Source: Blasia pusilla
Lineage: Eukaryota
Length of the DNA: 64,000 nt
Assembly: GCA_050084515.1 (NCBI GenBank)
Contig: CM114271.1
Location: 9,610,001 to 9,674,000, forward strand
Direction of reading: 5' to 3'
In this document: in pieces, positions 1 to 11,650 of the stretch
Layout of the letters: each line of letters opens with the position of its first letter
How positions within the stretch are numbered: position 1 is the stretch's first letter
The notes under the pieces: model-generated
Told to the model about the DNA's origin: nothing
The model's database searches: none
Seen by the model: only the letters and a program-made list of their open reading frames with translations
Translations under genes and position numbers: made by a program

Positions 1-784
1 TAGCGAAGCATGGCGAAGCATGGGAAACGGGGCGATAGGGGCATATCTCGAGCATTACTCGGCGTTTTGAGGCTTCGAGGCAACTCGAGGCAACTCGTGG
101 TAGCTCGGGGCGAGTGGGCGTGAGAGGCGGAGTAAGGAGCAAGGAGAAAGCAAGCAAGCTTGCTTGCTTGGGCGTGAGGCAATTTTTGCAGGATTTGTGA
201 TTTGAGTGTTGCATAACTGGTCACCCATCTTTGGGCTATTCTGCCTGGAGGAGGCTTAATTGCTGAGTTCTTAACTATGCAAGTGTACACACTGTTGTAG
301 CTCATTTGGTGCTATTCGGAGATATGTTAGGCGCTTTATGCATCTTAGGTTTTTGGTCCGTGTACCTCTAGCGCATAGTACGGTGTAGCCTCTCCATGCA
401 GGTGATATTTTCAGGTGCTGCGAGTTTGACTAGCACGTCATCGACCCGCGGCGGAGTAGCTATTGCGTTAGAATTGTGTGGTGGGTTTTGTGGATTCAGG
501 GGGCACTACGTTTGGTAGATTGTGTTACCTTGATTTCCATTTGCGATTGGAGGGTTGTGGTTGGACTTCCTGTGTTTGAATCCCCTCCATCGTTGCTTCT
601 TGCTTGCGCGCCCATTGTTAGGGTTGACGCTGATTTCCAGAGTAGTGTTACTCCTGTGTGCTACCGATAGTGAGGCTGGAGTGATGATAAGTAGACCGTG
701 GGAGGCTTCTCGTGGTGATGACAGGTTAGGTTGCCTACACCCATAGCTAGTAGAGCTAGAATAGTATAGCGATATCGACGTCAC

Positions 785-2377
785 TTGGTTATTTGGTGGT
801 GGTTATTTGGTGGTGGTGCGGCATCGGCGTTGGTCATCACGGAGCTGTCGGGTGGTCTGGTTGGAGACCGTGGTGCGGATAGTGGTGGTTTCACACGGAG
901 TGGATTTAGGTATCGGCTACCTTTTCCACTTCCGACGGTTGATGAAGAGGAGGACGAGGGTGTTCCAAACATCGAGTCTTCTACGTTGTTATCGAGTGTT
1001 GCAGCTCCATTGATTTGGGACATGGACGGGATATATGGGGCCATGAAGGGCCCACGATGATACTCAGGTGCAGTGGGCACCATTGAGTTGGAGGACTTCA
1101 TGCAAGAGTTTGATACATGGTGTGATATGCAGATGTTGCGGAACGCCACGTTGTTTACACCCTTCTTGGCTTGGAAGGGGTTGTTTCAACACTTGGAAGG
1201 ACCACCCATGGATGATTACCATGAGTTTAGGAAGGACCATGTTGCTGAGATTGAGGCGTGGAGACAATATTGGTCTCCAGGCTATGTGTCTATCACCCAT
1301 GGAGGTATTGGTAGTAGTGCTCCTACTATGCCAGCCAGCTTGACGTTGAGTGGTACGAGTACGAGCCGGAGTGGGGGTACGAGTGGAGGTACCCATGGAG
1401 GTACTAGTGGGGGTACTAGTAGAGGTACTAGTGCCCCACCATCGTTCAGCCCGGTTGCAGAGTTCTTCAAGAGGTTGAAGAAGAACTATGAGGGAGTGAA
1501 GACAGAGAAGTTGAGGAGTCTTCAGGAGTTTGAGCGAAAGACTGGTGAGAGTCTTCGTGAGGCATACACTCGTATGTGACGCTTGATTTCAGTTACCCAA
1601 GGTGTGACTGAGGCTCACGCAGTCCAGTTTTGGTATGGGATCTTGGACAGAGACTTGCGCCGTAGGGTACGTGATGCTACTCTTATGAGTGATGATTCAC
1701 CCACATTGACCCATGTGTTTGCTCTATCTGAGAAGATTGAGCTTAACATGATGAAGGAGAGAGTGGTGACATCCGCATTCAGTAGGGATACAACTACTAC
1801 TTCTCATGTTCAGTAGCCCACCTCACAGTCTCGTAGTAGTGGTGGTGGTAGTAGTAGTGGGAGTCGTGGGGGGTACACACGACCTCAGTTAGGTCGTAGA
1901 GGGACACTTGCGCAGAGACCATTGCCTTCATTTGCTGCCCCGCAGCAAGGACAATCATGTTGGATATGTGGAGGTGCTCATGTTAGGAAGTTTTGTCCCC
2001 AAGAGGATGGGAGACGGACTTTGGAGGATGGGCCTCAGTCGGCCCCAACTCAGTGTGATCATTGCGGGAGACCAGGTCATCCTCGAGAGCGTTGCTTTGA
2101 TCTTCATCCAGAGTTGAGATCAGGCCACGGCCGTGGTGGAGTAGCTCCGAGAGGCCGAGGTGGTAGAGGTGGTAGGGGTGGACCAGTGGTTAGAGAGCCT
2201 ACGGTGGCTACCCCTACCACTACGACAGAGTCAGCTATGGCTGCCAGGATTGAGAAATTGGAGCAGAAGTTGGCTACTATGGCTGGTATCCAGCATAGAT
2301 TAGGTTCGGGAGCAAGGGCTTCCACCTCTTATGGAGGGATGATCTCTCTTATATGGCGAGTGCAAAGACGAGGTTGA
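785..2377 (+). pseudogene. gag: gag of family A (interrupted)
   Basis: ORFs 785-1060, 1073-1579, 1583-1816 are one frame broken by stops; FERKTGESLREAYTRM is a retrotransposon-gag-like motif; zinc knuckles CWICGGAHVRKFC and CDHCGRPGHPRERC in 1922-2377. Confidence 0.85.
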
Positions 2378-2859
2378 GGCATCACCGGCAGCGATTTGAG
2401 AGGAGCCACTCGAGCGTCGAGCCACGTGGTGCTACTTGTGGAGTTGGATCCACAGAGGGGTGAGGTCGGGAGGCAAAGCTAGGCTTCCCGGTCATTCTTG
2501 TTGTCCGAGGTGCTTAGGACTCTATCCATGGTTCTTACGCAGCCTATTGAGCCGACAATGGGGATCGAGGCATCTACATCGCGTGTAGTAGACACGGATG
2601 CAAACATCCGAAAGGCAAAGATACGGATGGCAACTTCATTTTTGGGATCCCCATTGTTTTCGGCCACGGAGCTCATGGCTTTAGGAGTTGACTTAGCTCA
2701 TGTATTTCAGCTAGCAGCCATGTTGTGTGAACGTGGGGGTGTTACTGCTACACGTGCTGAGGTGGATGAGGGTGTTGCGGTGGAGCGACCCTCTATGTCG
2801 TGTAGCATTGAGTACGAGTGCTACTTGGCGGCAAAGCAAGATGGCAAAGATGGATGCAT

Positions 2860-3010
2860 TACCAGCCCGGCCAGCCATTGATCGTGAGGGGCTTACACCT
2901 GGTGTATGTATGTTGGACAACCGGAGTGGGATATTCCGATTGGTGAGTCCTACAGGACAGGTGTATAGACCAGATAGAGTCTTGTTAGACTCTGGCAGTC
3001 CAGGGATGGA
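2860..3010 (+). pseudogene. aspartic protease remnant, apparently truncated just after the active site
   Basis: RVLLDSG motif at ~2977-2997 in ORF 2727-3017; ORF ends a few codons later. Confidence 0.6.
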
Positions 3011-3406
3011 CGTATGAGCCAAGTTCCTGTGAGATTTATTTATGGGGCTCGACCAGGAGGGTCTTCCCCAACAGTGTTAGTATCTGTGGCTGGTTTTAGC
3101 AGAGTAGTCACTTGGCCAGGAGACTTTTTGGAGGGTAATGTTTCTGCTATGGATTCTCCTGCGCATGAGGAGGTAGAGGAGGTCCCTATTTTTGCAGCAG
3201 TAGCATCCTCATCGTTGGATGTGCCACTTTGGAGTTCAGGCGATGCACTACGGTAGGTGGCTGATCGCCTAGTGCAGGAGGCTTGGTGTGAGGCTCTTAT
3301 ACCTCACGAGGAAAAGGAGGCCCCACGGCGGACTCCTACTTCTGATCCAGTTGGGTTATCCCCTTTGGATACTACACCCATTATATGGCAGTATCCGCCG
3401 GAGGGC

Positions 3407-4370
3407 ATTTGTGTGTTAGATCTCTTTGGTGGGATTAGCACTGGTTTGGCTGCAGTGTTGCAGGCCGGTATTCCTGTGCGGAGATACGTGTATGTGGAGT
3501 GAGATGAGACGGCCCAGGTAGTCTCATCCCGACATATTGGTCAGTTGATGCGGAGATATCCTGAGTTGTTGCCGCCATCAGCTATTCGTGGGTACCAGCG
3601 TGCTTTGCCGTCACACATTGCATTGTTGGGGGCGCAGGACCTTGAGAGGATTGGTCCTGTGGATTTGGTGATTGTTGGATGGCCATGTCAGGGTCATACA
3701 CGTGCTGGTCGTTGTGAGGGATTACACGACCCTAGGTCTCGATTGTTTTGGGAGATGTTACGGGTGTTACGACATCTTCAGGTTCATCAGGCATATGCTC
3801 TAGCTTACATTCTGGAGAATGTTCCATTGTTGGGTGACACTCGGACCCGGATGATGGCGAGTGTTCATGAGGTGCGGTCTTGGATTGGACCAGCGGTGTT
3901 GTTGGATGCACATGAGTTGGCTCAGCGTGCACATCGTCCACGCTTGTGGTGGAAAAACTTGTTGCCTAGGGAGGTTCTACGTCAAGCATATGATGTAGTG
4001 CAGCGGGATCCTTGCTTTACAGTGGATAGTATCTTGGATACTGGGCGACTTTCTCAGGTGGTGAGGGTTATTGATCGGTCACCCATGGCAATGGTGAACC
4101 GTGTGGGCCATCCTAGGATGGCACTACCCACATTTGTGAGTTTTCCCTCGTCACATGCGTACAGGGAAGGTGGTTCCGGGCTTGTATGGGATTCTCATGT
4201 GCGACAGTTGGTAGAGCCTAACGCTGATGAGAGAGAGCGTGCAGTGGGATTTTCTACTGGTGTGACAGCGGTTGCTTCCATTTCTGAGGCTTCACGACGT
4301 CATGTGTTGGGTCAGACCATGGACCTGAATTGTTTGACTTGGATTTTGAGTCTTGGTATGGCCGAGCGTC
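3407..4370 (+). pseudogene. DNMT3-like C5-cytosine DNA methyltransferase domain within pol
   Basis: Motif I VLDLFGGISTGL (3413), motif IV GPVDLVIVGWPCQG (PC at 3683-3688), motif VI YILENV (3815), motif VIII AHRPRLWWKNL, motif IX ERERAVGF, motif X RRHVLGQTMD; single in-frame TGA at 3500-3502. Confidence 0.92.
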
Positions 4371-4602
4371 GACTTGGACTATGTGCGTGGGTCTTCCACC
4401 CCTTGTAATGAGCTCCATGACTACCGGGACGGTAGAGGCATCGGCTGGGGGCGAGGAGAGTAGTATTTTGCATCCTTGGAGTAAATGGGATGTAATGGCT
4501 GGGCATGTGGAGTTGGTTGCTCATGCTGGTGGAGGAGTTATTTGGTTAGATGATGGTGTAGCTAAGGGTGTACCATCTTGTGAGGGAGTTGCATAGCAGC
4601 CA

Positions 4603-6018
4603 ATGGCATCGTCCTCTCCCTCTAGTGTGCCAGTGGAGGAGACTTGGGAGCCATTACTTGGGCCCAAGCTTATGGGAGGTGAGAAACGACGCTTGACACA
4701 GTTCCTACGTGCTTATGGGAGTTGTTTTGCCTTTAGCATGAAGGAGTTGGGTTCTCTGGTTGGACCCGGTATACGGATTGATTTGGCTAGTGATACGCCA
4801 ATCTTCCGTCGTCCCTACCGATATAGTGATATGGAGAGGGACCTGATTCAGAGTAGGACGTTGGACCTTTTGGAGGCTGGATTAGTGGAGTTGTCGCATG
4901 GAGAGTATGCATCAGCCAATGTCATGCCTGCTAAAAAAGATATGCATGGCAACTACACAGATAGGCGGATGTGTGGAGATTATCGTCCTATCAATCGGCA
5001 AACCAAGGCTAATAGGTATGCCAGGCCTACACCTGAGGAGATCTTTGATGTGGTGGGATAGGCAAAGATTTTCAATACTTTGGATCTCCGGGTAGGATAC
5101 CATCAATTTCCGATTCGGGAGAGTGACAAGGCCAAGACAACATTTTGGGGTGTCAACTCTCATGGCAAGGATTGTTTGTACCAGTGGAAATTCTTACCCT
5201 TTGGGTTGAAGAATGCACCTGCCGGGTTTCAGAGAGTGATGGACAGGATCCTAGCAGGGTTGGATTTTGTTCGGTGTTACATTGATGATATCTTGGTGTT
5301 TGAGAACACGGTGGAGGAGCATCAGATACATTTGCAGATGGTGTTTGAGCGGTTGAAAGCTCATGGTCTACGTTTGCATCCAGGAAAGTGTAAGTTCTTC
5401 CATGAGGATGTTGAGTACTTGGGTCATGTGATCTATCCATGAGGTTTGGGAGTTCAGCAAGCAAAGGTGGAGGCTATTGCACTTATTCCGCGTCTGATAG
5501 ATGTGAGTAGAGTTCGAGCATTCATGGGATTGGCGAACTACTATCGGAGGTATGTGAAGGGATTTAGTGCTATGGCAAAGCCTTTGAACCAATTTCTGAA
5601 ATCAAATCAAGAGTGGCATTGGGGAGATTATCAGGAGAGAGCTTTTGTGGAGCTTAAGGCCCAGTTGGTGGCAGCGCCTATCTTGAGGAGACCTATCAGA
5701 GGGCGCCCATTTCAGTTACACACTGATTGGAGTAGGTTAGGACTTGGAGCGGTCTTGACACAAGATGATGATGAGCACATGGAGTTTGTGGTGGCCTATG
5801 CAAGTCGTTCGAATAATGCAGCGGAGTCGCGCTATAGTTCATATGAGGGAGAGTGCTTGGCAGTAGTGTGGGCTGTGGCACACTTTAGGTGTTACTTGTT
5901 TGGCACACAGTTTACCCTTGTTACTGATCACGAGCCGCTCTAGTGGTTGATGGAGTCTGACAAGCTTACATGGAAGCTTGCACGGTGGGCTCTTATCTGA
6001 CAGGAGTATGACTTCCAG
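4603..6018 (+). pseudogene. pol: reverse transcriptase and RNase H of family A
   Basis: RMCGDYRPIN, LDLRVGYHQ, LPFGLKNAP, YIDDILVF, FQLHTDWS, YSSYEGECLAVVWAV, TDHEPL; same frame with premature stops at 5059, 5440, 5941, 5998. Confidence 0.95.
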
Positions 6019-7724
6019 GTGGTACATAGACCTGGAGTTGCCAACCTTGATGCTGATGGGTTGAGTAGGAACCCATGTACTAGCCAAGAGGATATAACTG
6101 GGGCTAGATGGCATGGCGAGGTTGATGAGGAGATGGTGCCAGGTTGGCATGCATCCGCCCTTTTATGTTGGTTAGGGGTGGACTCTAGTATGGAGGACCA
6201 CATTATATCTTACTCTAGTCAGAGGGTAGATGGCCAGCCTTCAGATCCTAAGGTTGGAGATGGTGGTACGGATCAACGTGATATTCATGACGATGCGTTG
6301 GTATTGGAGTTCCTACGGACCAGTAGGGTGCCAAACATAGTGAGTGCCAAGGAGCGAGACCGTGCTCTTCAACGTGCTAAGAGGTATCGATTGGAGGGAA
6401 CACATATTCTCCGTGTGTGGGAGGATGGTAGAGTACGAGTAGTTCCGCATTTGGCTCAGAGAGAGCGCATTGTGCGACATGCCCATGAGGAGTTGGGACA
6501 TTTTGGGGTAAAGCGTACGTATAGCTTACTCCTTGGCCAGTATTGGTGGCGTGGCATGCATATTCAGGTGCAGCAGTTGGTGTCATGTTGTATGGTTTGT
6601 GACCGGGTGAGGGCATCATTCAATGCCCCTACACCATAATTACACCCCTTGCCTATTATGGGGTTGGGTTACCGTTGGAGTGTGGACTTTGCGGGACCGT
6701 TATCGTGGTTGGTATGCGATATCATCGATATGTGTTGGTGATGGTGGAGCACTTCTCCAAGTGGATTGAGTTGGTGGCATTACCGGACAAGGCAAGTGAG
6801 GGAACGGCGTATGCGTTTCTTGATAGAGTGCTTAGTCATTTTGGTGCACCAGCTCAAGTGCTAACCGACCAGGGTACAGAGTTTTAGGGTGAGTTTCTGG
6901 TCTTGTGTGACAAGGCGGTGATTGATCATCGGACCACCTCTCGAGATCATCTAGAGGCGGATGGTTTGGTTGAGCATGTGGTTCAGACGGTGAAGAGGGC
7001 ATTGCGCAAGTATGGCCTACAGAAGGGGCATCTTGGAGACTGGGATATTCAGTTGCCATGGTTAGCCATGGGGTATAAGTTCAGTCGCCAAGCATCCTTG
7101 ACTTCCTTCTCACCTTATTTTTTGTTATACGGCCGAGATCCAGACTTGCCAGCAACAATTTGTCGGGAGTCTAGTGAGGTGGTGAACCTTGATGACCCAA
7201 AGATGTGGATGAGAGTGTGTTCTCAGCGGGCAGAGCTCTTTCGGAGAGTTATGCCAACAGCCTTTGAGAATCTTGCCATTGCTCAACACAGGGATACGTT
7301 GTGGTATGCAACCATTCGGGGTGGAGGTTATCGACCATCGATTCGTAGGTTCCATGTGAAGGACTATGTCTATTTGCAGCAGATTGCACCGACAACGTTG
7401 GATGTGACGGAAGACTGCACTATTTTACGAGTGCGCGAGGTGTTAGCTTCTGGAGTTCTCATGTTGGAGGGTCGTGATGGAGTTGTTTGGAAGGACCATG
7501 TGCGTAATTGTGCGCCATGTCATCTTCCAAATGTGGATGGTACTGTTGACCCAAGCTTAGCCATGATACGTGCTAGCTTGAGGTGCAATTTGTGTGGGTC
7601 TGTTGTTAACGCAGCCCGTATGTTGGTGTGTGATCGGTGTTCTAGGGGTTGGCACATGATGTGTTTGACTCCACGTATGGATGTTGTTCCTACTAGAAGG
7701 TGGGTTTGTCCTCGATGTACTTAG
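6019..7724 (+). pseudogene. integrase (HHCC zinc finger + DDE core) with C-terminal PHD finger
   Basis: HEELGHFG...CMVC; VDFAGP, EHFSKWIE, LTDQGTEF, DGLVEH; SPYFLLYGRDP; C4HC3 PHD CNLC...CDRC...WHMMC...WVCPRC at 7584-7721. Confidence 0.93.
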
Positions 7725-7899
7725 GAGAGGTAGATGACTTGATCTTTGCATGATATGGATTACAAATGTGCGACTAACGATGGGGCAACCTAGCACCCGG
7801 CCTTCTGATTCGGGCATCCAAGAATGTGTATAGCATGTAGTAGATGTATAGGGCTACCTGGGAGTTATAGGGACCTAACCGCAAGTTAGGGGGGCGAGT

Positions 7900-8479
7900 T
7901 GTGGTACACTTGTGTTTGTGGATGCTCTCGTCTATGTTATGTATGTATGTGAGTATGGTATGTCAGCGATGTATGTTGTATGACAATGTGGATTCGCACG
8001 ACAACTGTCATGACCATACGGATTATGTCGTAGAGTATAGTGTGCTAGTAGAGGCCATTCCTTATGTAGGACCATAGTGGCTTGGTAGAGATGTGGTTTC
8101 ATACATAGGGTTGGGGGTTACTCAGTTGGGGGTGACTTTCTCAATAGGGCTCGCTCTTAGGTTGGAGGATATAAGGTGGACTGCACTCAAAGAACAGTCA
8201 GTTCTTTGAGTTGAGCATGTTGCGTTGGAAGGTAGCCTTGGTAGTGAGTAGAGCTCTTGGCTATGGTGTTTCCCGCAAGCTTCGACATAGATTCTCCCAT
8301 CATGGAGTGGGTTTGGCTCGATTGTATGTGATTCTATACGTGTTTTATGACAGTAGGTCTTTCACGGATTTCAGTTGTGGTACACTTGTGTTTGTGGATG
8401 CTCTCGTCTATGTTATGTATGTATGTGAGTATGGTATGTCAGCGATGTATGTTGTATGAGAATTTGGATTCGCACGACA
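7900..8479 (+). repeat. probable 3' LTR region of family A, beginning and ending with a 104-bp direct repeat (7900-8003 and 8376-8479)
   Basis: Follows purine tract AGGGGGGCGAG (7888-7898); both repeats start TGTGGTACAC and end CGCACGACA. Confidence 0.65.
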
Positions 8480-8641
8480 TTGTGGACATCTGACTGGCAC
8501 TAAGGTATAGGAAACACAAACAAGAAATCATCTTCAATATTTGACCCGAGTTTTTTCTGCGCTGCTTTCATGTACGATAGCCTCTATAGAATTTGATCAC
8601 ACTTGTCATTGAATCTAAGTTATAAGCGCCAAGAGAAGTTC

Positions 8642-9700
8642 GGGGGTTGGTATTTTGGCATGAGAGAGTAAGAGAGGAGAGTCTCTCTTCAAAAAAAAAA
8701 CCCAAAATTCCTTACCTCTCTTCAAATTTAATCTTCTTCTGTATTTCAAATGCAAGAATTTTTTTGAAGAGAGTAAGAAGTGGACCATGTTGGGGCACAA
8801 ACTAACATCATTTTTAACACCAGGATGTGAGGATGGAAGAGTGGATACCACTTCAGATATGCTAAAAGTAGTATCTGTGTAGGCCAGTGTTGAAGGCAGG
8901 ACGGTATCCAAACAATGCAGATCGATCAGATGGGATTTGTTCACAACGAAACAAATTATATCCGTTCAAAATACACTCAGACTACCGGGTCTACTCCAAA
9001 ACGGTCACTGATGACAAATTGGAATTTGGTGAGTTTGGTACAAAGTGTAGGATTGCAATATTGCCAATAATGACTCAGAAGACCCGGAGTCCACGAATCA
9101 GTTAGAAATGTTGGCTAAAAAATGGGAACATGGAGTCTCCAGGAGGCTGATGGGAGTTTGGAAACTCTCTTTAAACACACCTATGAGAAGAAAAGGAAGC
9201 CAACAAGAAGGCCTAAAATAATTTCAAGACAGAGGAAAAGAGAAGCAATCAGCCAGCCAACCGGTCAGAATCTGATATGTTGCTAGACGTCAGAAGTCAA
9301 GAGATGCTAGGGACGTAACAAGTGAAGAGAGAGAATGAAATGAATTGAAGGCATCATCCTCACATGCAACCTGTCAAAATCCGACAGATTGCATGACAGA
9401 TGAAGGCTGGATGTAAGACGAAGGTCAGAATGAGACATGTTGTTAGGCATGACCACTGTAAGATTTGATAAATTTAGACAAGATGAAAAATGAAAAAACC
9501 TCATTTTAGTAGAAGGTCTGATGGTTCGGGTCCAAAAAGGAGTTAGAAATTTTTGAGCTTTTGCTCAAAACTTCATTTTTCCTAAAACTTAGCGAGAGTA
9601 CTAGATGCACATGGGGACCATGTTGGCCAAAATTCAACTCAAGATCACAAAGTTGGACAAGATGAATGTGCGCCCCTTCATAAGTGGCTCCCATGTGTGT
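8642..9700 (-). mobile_element. terminal fragment of a diverged member of the MULE family E (cargo-side end)
   Basis: GGGGGTTGGTATTTTGGCATGAGAGAGTAAGAGAGGAGAGTCTCTCTTC matches the termini at 45860 and (reverse complement) 33733; degenerate family palindromes at ~9257 and 9366; inner boundary approximate. Confidence 0.6.
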
Positions 9701-10195
9701 TAGATACTTTTGGGACTCTAGTTAGGTGAGTAGAAGGAGCTAGAACAACAATCTGCAATTTAAATGGGATCATTGGTGCTATTTTGACCAAGATGGTGGC
9801 AGCTCACAAATCAGATTGGGATAGGAAATTAGCTTCAGCTGTCCATGCTTACAACACAACTGAGAAGAGTACAACACGGAAAAGTCCCTACTTCTTGGTG
9901 TATGGGCAGAACCCTCTCTCGGTAGTAGAGTTGGAGTTGAAGACTGATCATACTCTAGAAGGGCACTTCCAACCTGAAGGTGGCATAGATAGCAGGCTGG
10001 ATATGATTGATGCCCTAGAGGAGGAGAGAAAGGCAGCATTGGAGAAGACCAAGGAAGTTCAGCAACAAAGGAAGATGAGGTTTGATAACCGAATAAAGCA
10101 TGATCCAGTGAAGGATGGGAACCGGGTGCTGATGTATGATAGTCGACACCAAAAGTTTCCAGGAAAGCTGCACATTCGACTGCTTGGGCCTTATA

Positions 10196-10339
10196 AGGTG
10201 GAGCTGAAGAGCATCCAAGGGAGTGATGAGAGCAGGTGGAGCTGAAGAGCATCCAAGGGAGTGACGAGAGCAGGTGGAGGTGAAGAGCATCCAAGGGAAG
10301 TGATGAGAGCAGGTGGAGCTGAAGAGCATCCAAGGGAAG
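10196..10339 (+). repeat. tandem repeat, ~38-bp unit, about 3.7 copies
   Basis: Unit GAGCAGGTGGAGCTGAAGAGCATCCAAGGGAGTGATGA directly after the integrase GPY motif. Confidence 0.9.
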
Positions 10340-10538
10340 CTCGAACCAGCTTGAGAAGAAGCAAGCATTGGAAGAATATAAAGGTAGGTCTTACCTTCAA
10401 GCATGTCCAAGAGACAAGTCGAGCCTATGCCATGAATGCTGCTCAAGAGACTTTAGTTAGGACAGGTTCAGAAGTATATGAGGTAGAAATTTCAGGCAGT
10501 AGATGCCTTGGAGTAGATGCTTAGGGGGGAGGTAGATT

Positions 10539-11650
10539 TGTAGGAAGGTAGGAACCCAGAATGCTAGAAAAGCCCAAGTGGGAAGAGGGCTCTCAGCTCC
10601 ACTTATAAATACTCAGTTGGGTTTGCTTGAAGGCGGGCATATACATGCTGTTGGCTAGTAGACACTCGATCTCTTGAGCCAAGAGAGTTATGTGCTCCCA
10701 GATCTAGGTTGTGTGTAGTGTGCTTGAAGGGGGCTGAGACTAAGAAGGTCTCCCATGTACTCAATGATTTTGTGATACACAGAAGGTAGCCCTGTGAAAT
10801 GAGTTCAATCCACTGCCCTGTATCTGAGTATGTGCATGATTGAGTGATGAGTTGGGAGGGCTTGATGAAGGGAGATTCTTGGAGCTGATTCAACTAATCA
10901 TTCAAAAGTGTAGTGAGTGGACAAGAGGCTATACCAGTAGAGGGGAGGCAAACTTGGGTTCCAAGATTGTGCTCCACCAAGGTGTGCTTGGAAAGCTTGT
11001 TTTCTGCCCACTTGAGCTTGGCCTTTGACACCAATCACTGATTACTTCCAGGGTGTGACAACCTGGACTTCCAGGTCTGGTAAGTGATAAGAGTAAGTGA
11101 CTGGAGAGAGAGAGAGAGAGAGGGTCATGCTTGAGCTCCCCTATAGGTAGAAGACCATGGGCTCAGCCTGTTGAGTCTCCTACTACCTGAACAAGAAGGG
11201 AGAACAAAGGATCAGCAAGGTAAGAGGAGAAGAAGAAGGTGATTGTACTACCTAATCGGTTAGGAGTTGGGTGTACTTTAGAGGATGTCCTTGGTACATT
11301 CAACTAGTCCAAGGCAGCAAATTGGAGGACCTTATGCTGTCCTAGTCATTCTTGATTGTGATTTCTAAGTAGAGTGTGCTTGTTGGGTTCCACTGGCCAC
11401 TCCACTCAAAGCACTCAAGAGAAAGGAAAGAGTTTTGGTTAGTAGGGTGAGGACAGGATTGTGATACTGAAGTGGAGAGAGTTTCTCCAGCCTCTTAAGG
11501 TAAAGAGGTGGGGTTTACTGCTGTTAAGGAGTACATCTTGTAGATCTGATCTTTTGATCTGGCCCTAAGCTCTTACATGGGACCGAACTGGTGGAACTAG
11601 CAACATTTTCACCTGGGTTGTGTGTTGGCCATGTATTACTTGGTGAGACA
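10539..11650 (+). repeat. LTR of family B, shared between two tandem internal regions
   Basis: Preceded by PPT, starts TG, ends CA, followed 3 nt later by an Athila-type (tRNA-Asp-like) PBS. Confidence 0.8.

Larger units (their letters stand above)
1..8479 (+). mobile_element. Ty3/Gypsy LTR retrotransposon (family A), decayed, carrying a C5 DNA methyltransferase and a PHD finger; 5' LTR not seen in window
   Basis: Domain order gag(2 CCHC knuckles)-PR(LLDSG)-DNMT-RT(YIDD)-RNaseH-INT-PHD on + strand; PPT at 7888-7898 followed by TG...CA segment 7900-8479; multiple in-frame stops and frameshifts. Confidence 0.92.

Noticed and set aside
148-169. Perfect 22-bp palindrome AAGCAAGCAAGCTTGCTTGCTT
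   Set aside because: Single low-complexity instance built from a 4-bp repeat; no supporting context.
1-8479. DIRS/tyrosine-recombinase element (these often carry methyltransferases)
   Set aside because: It has a DDE integrase with HHCC finger, a protease motif and a PPT; the MTase is C5-type; no YR motif was seen.
9779-10446. Minus-strand ORFs with LDALQLHLLSS repeats
   Set aside because: Antisense translation of the 38-bp tandem repeat and integrase.
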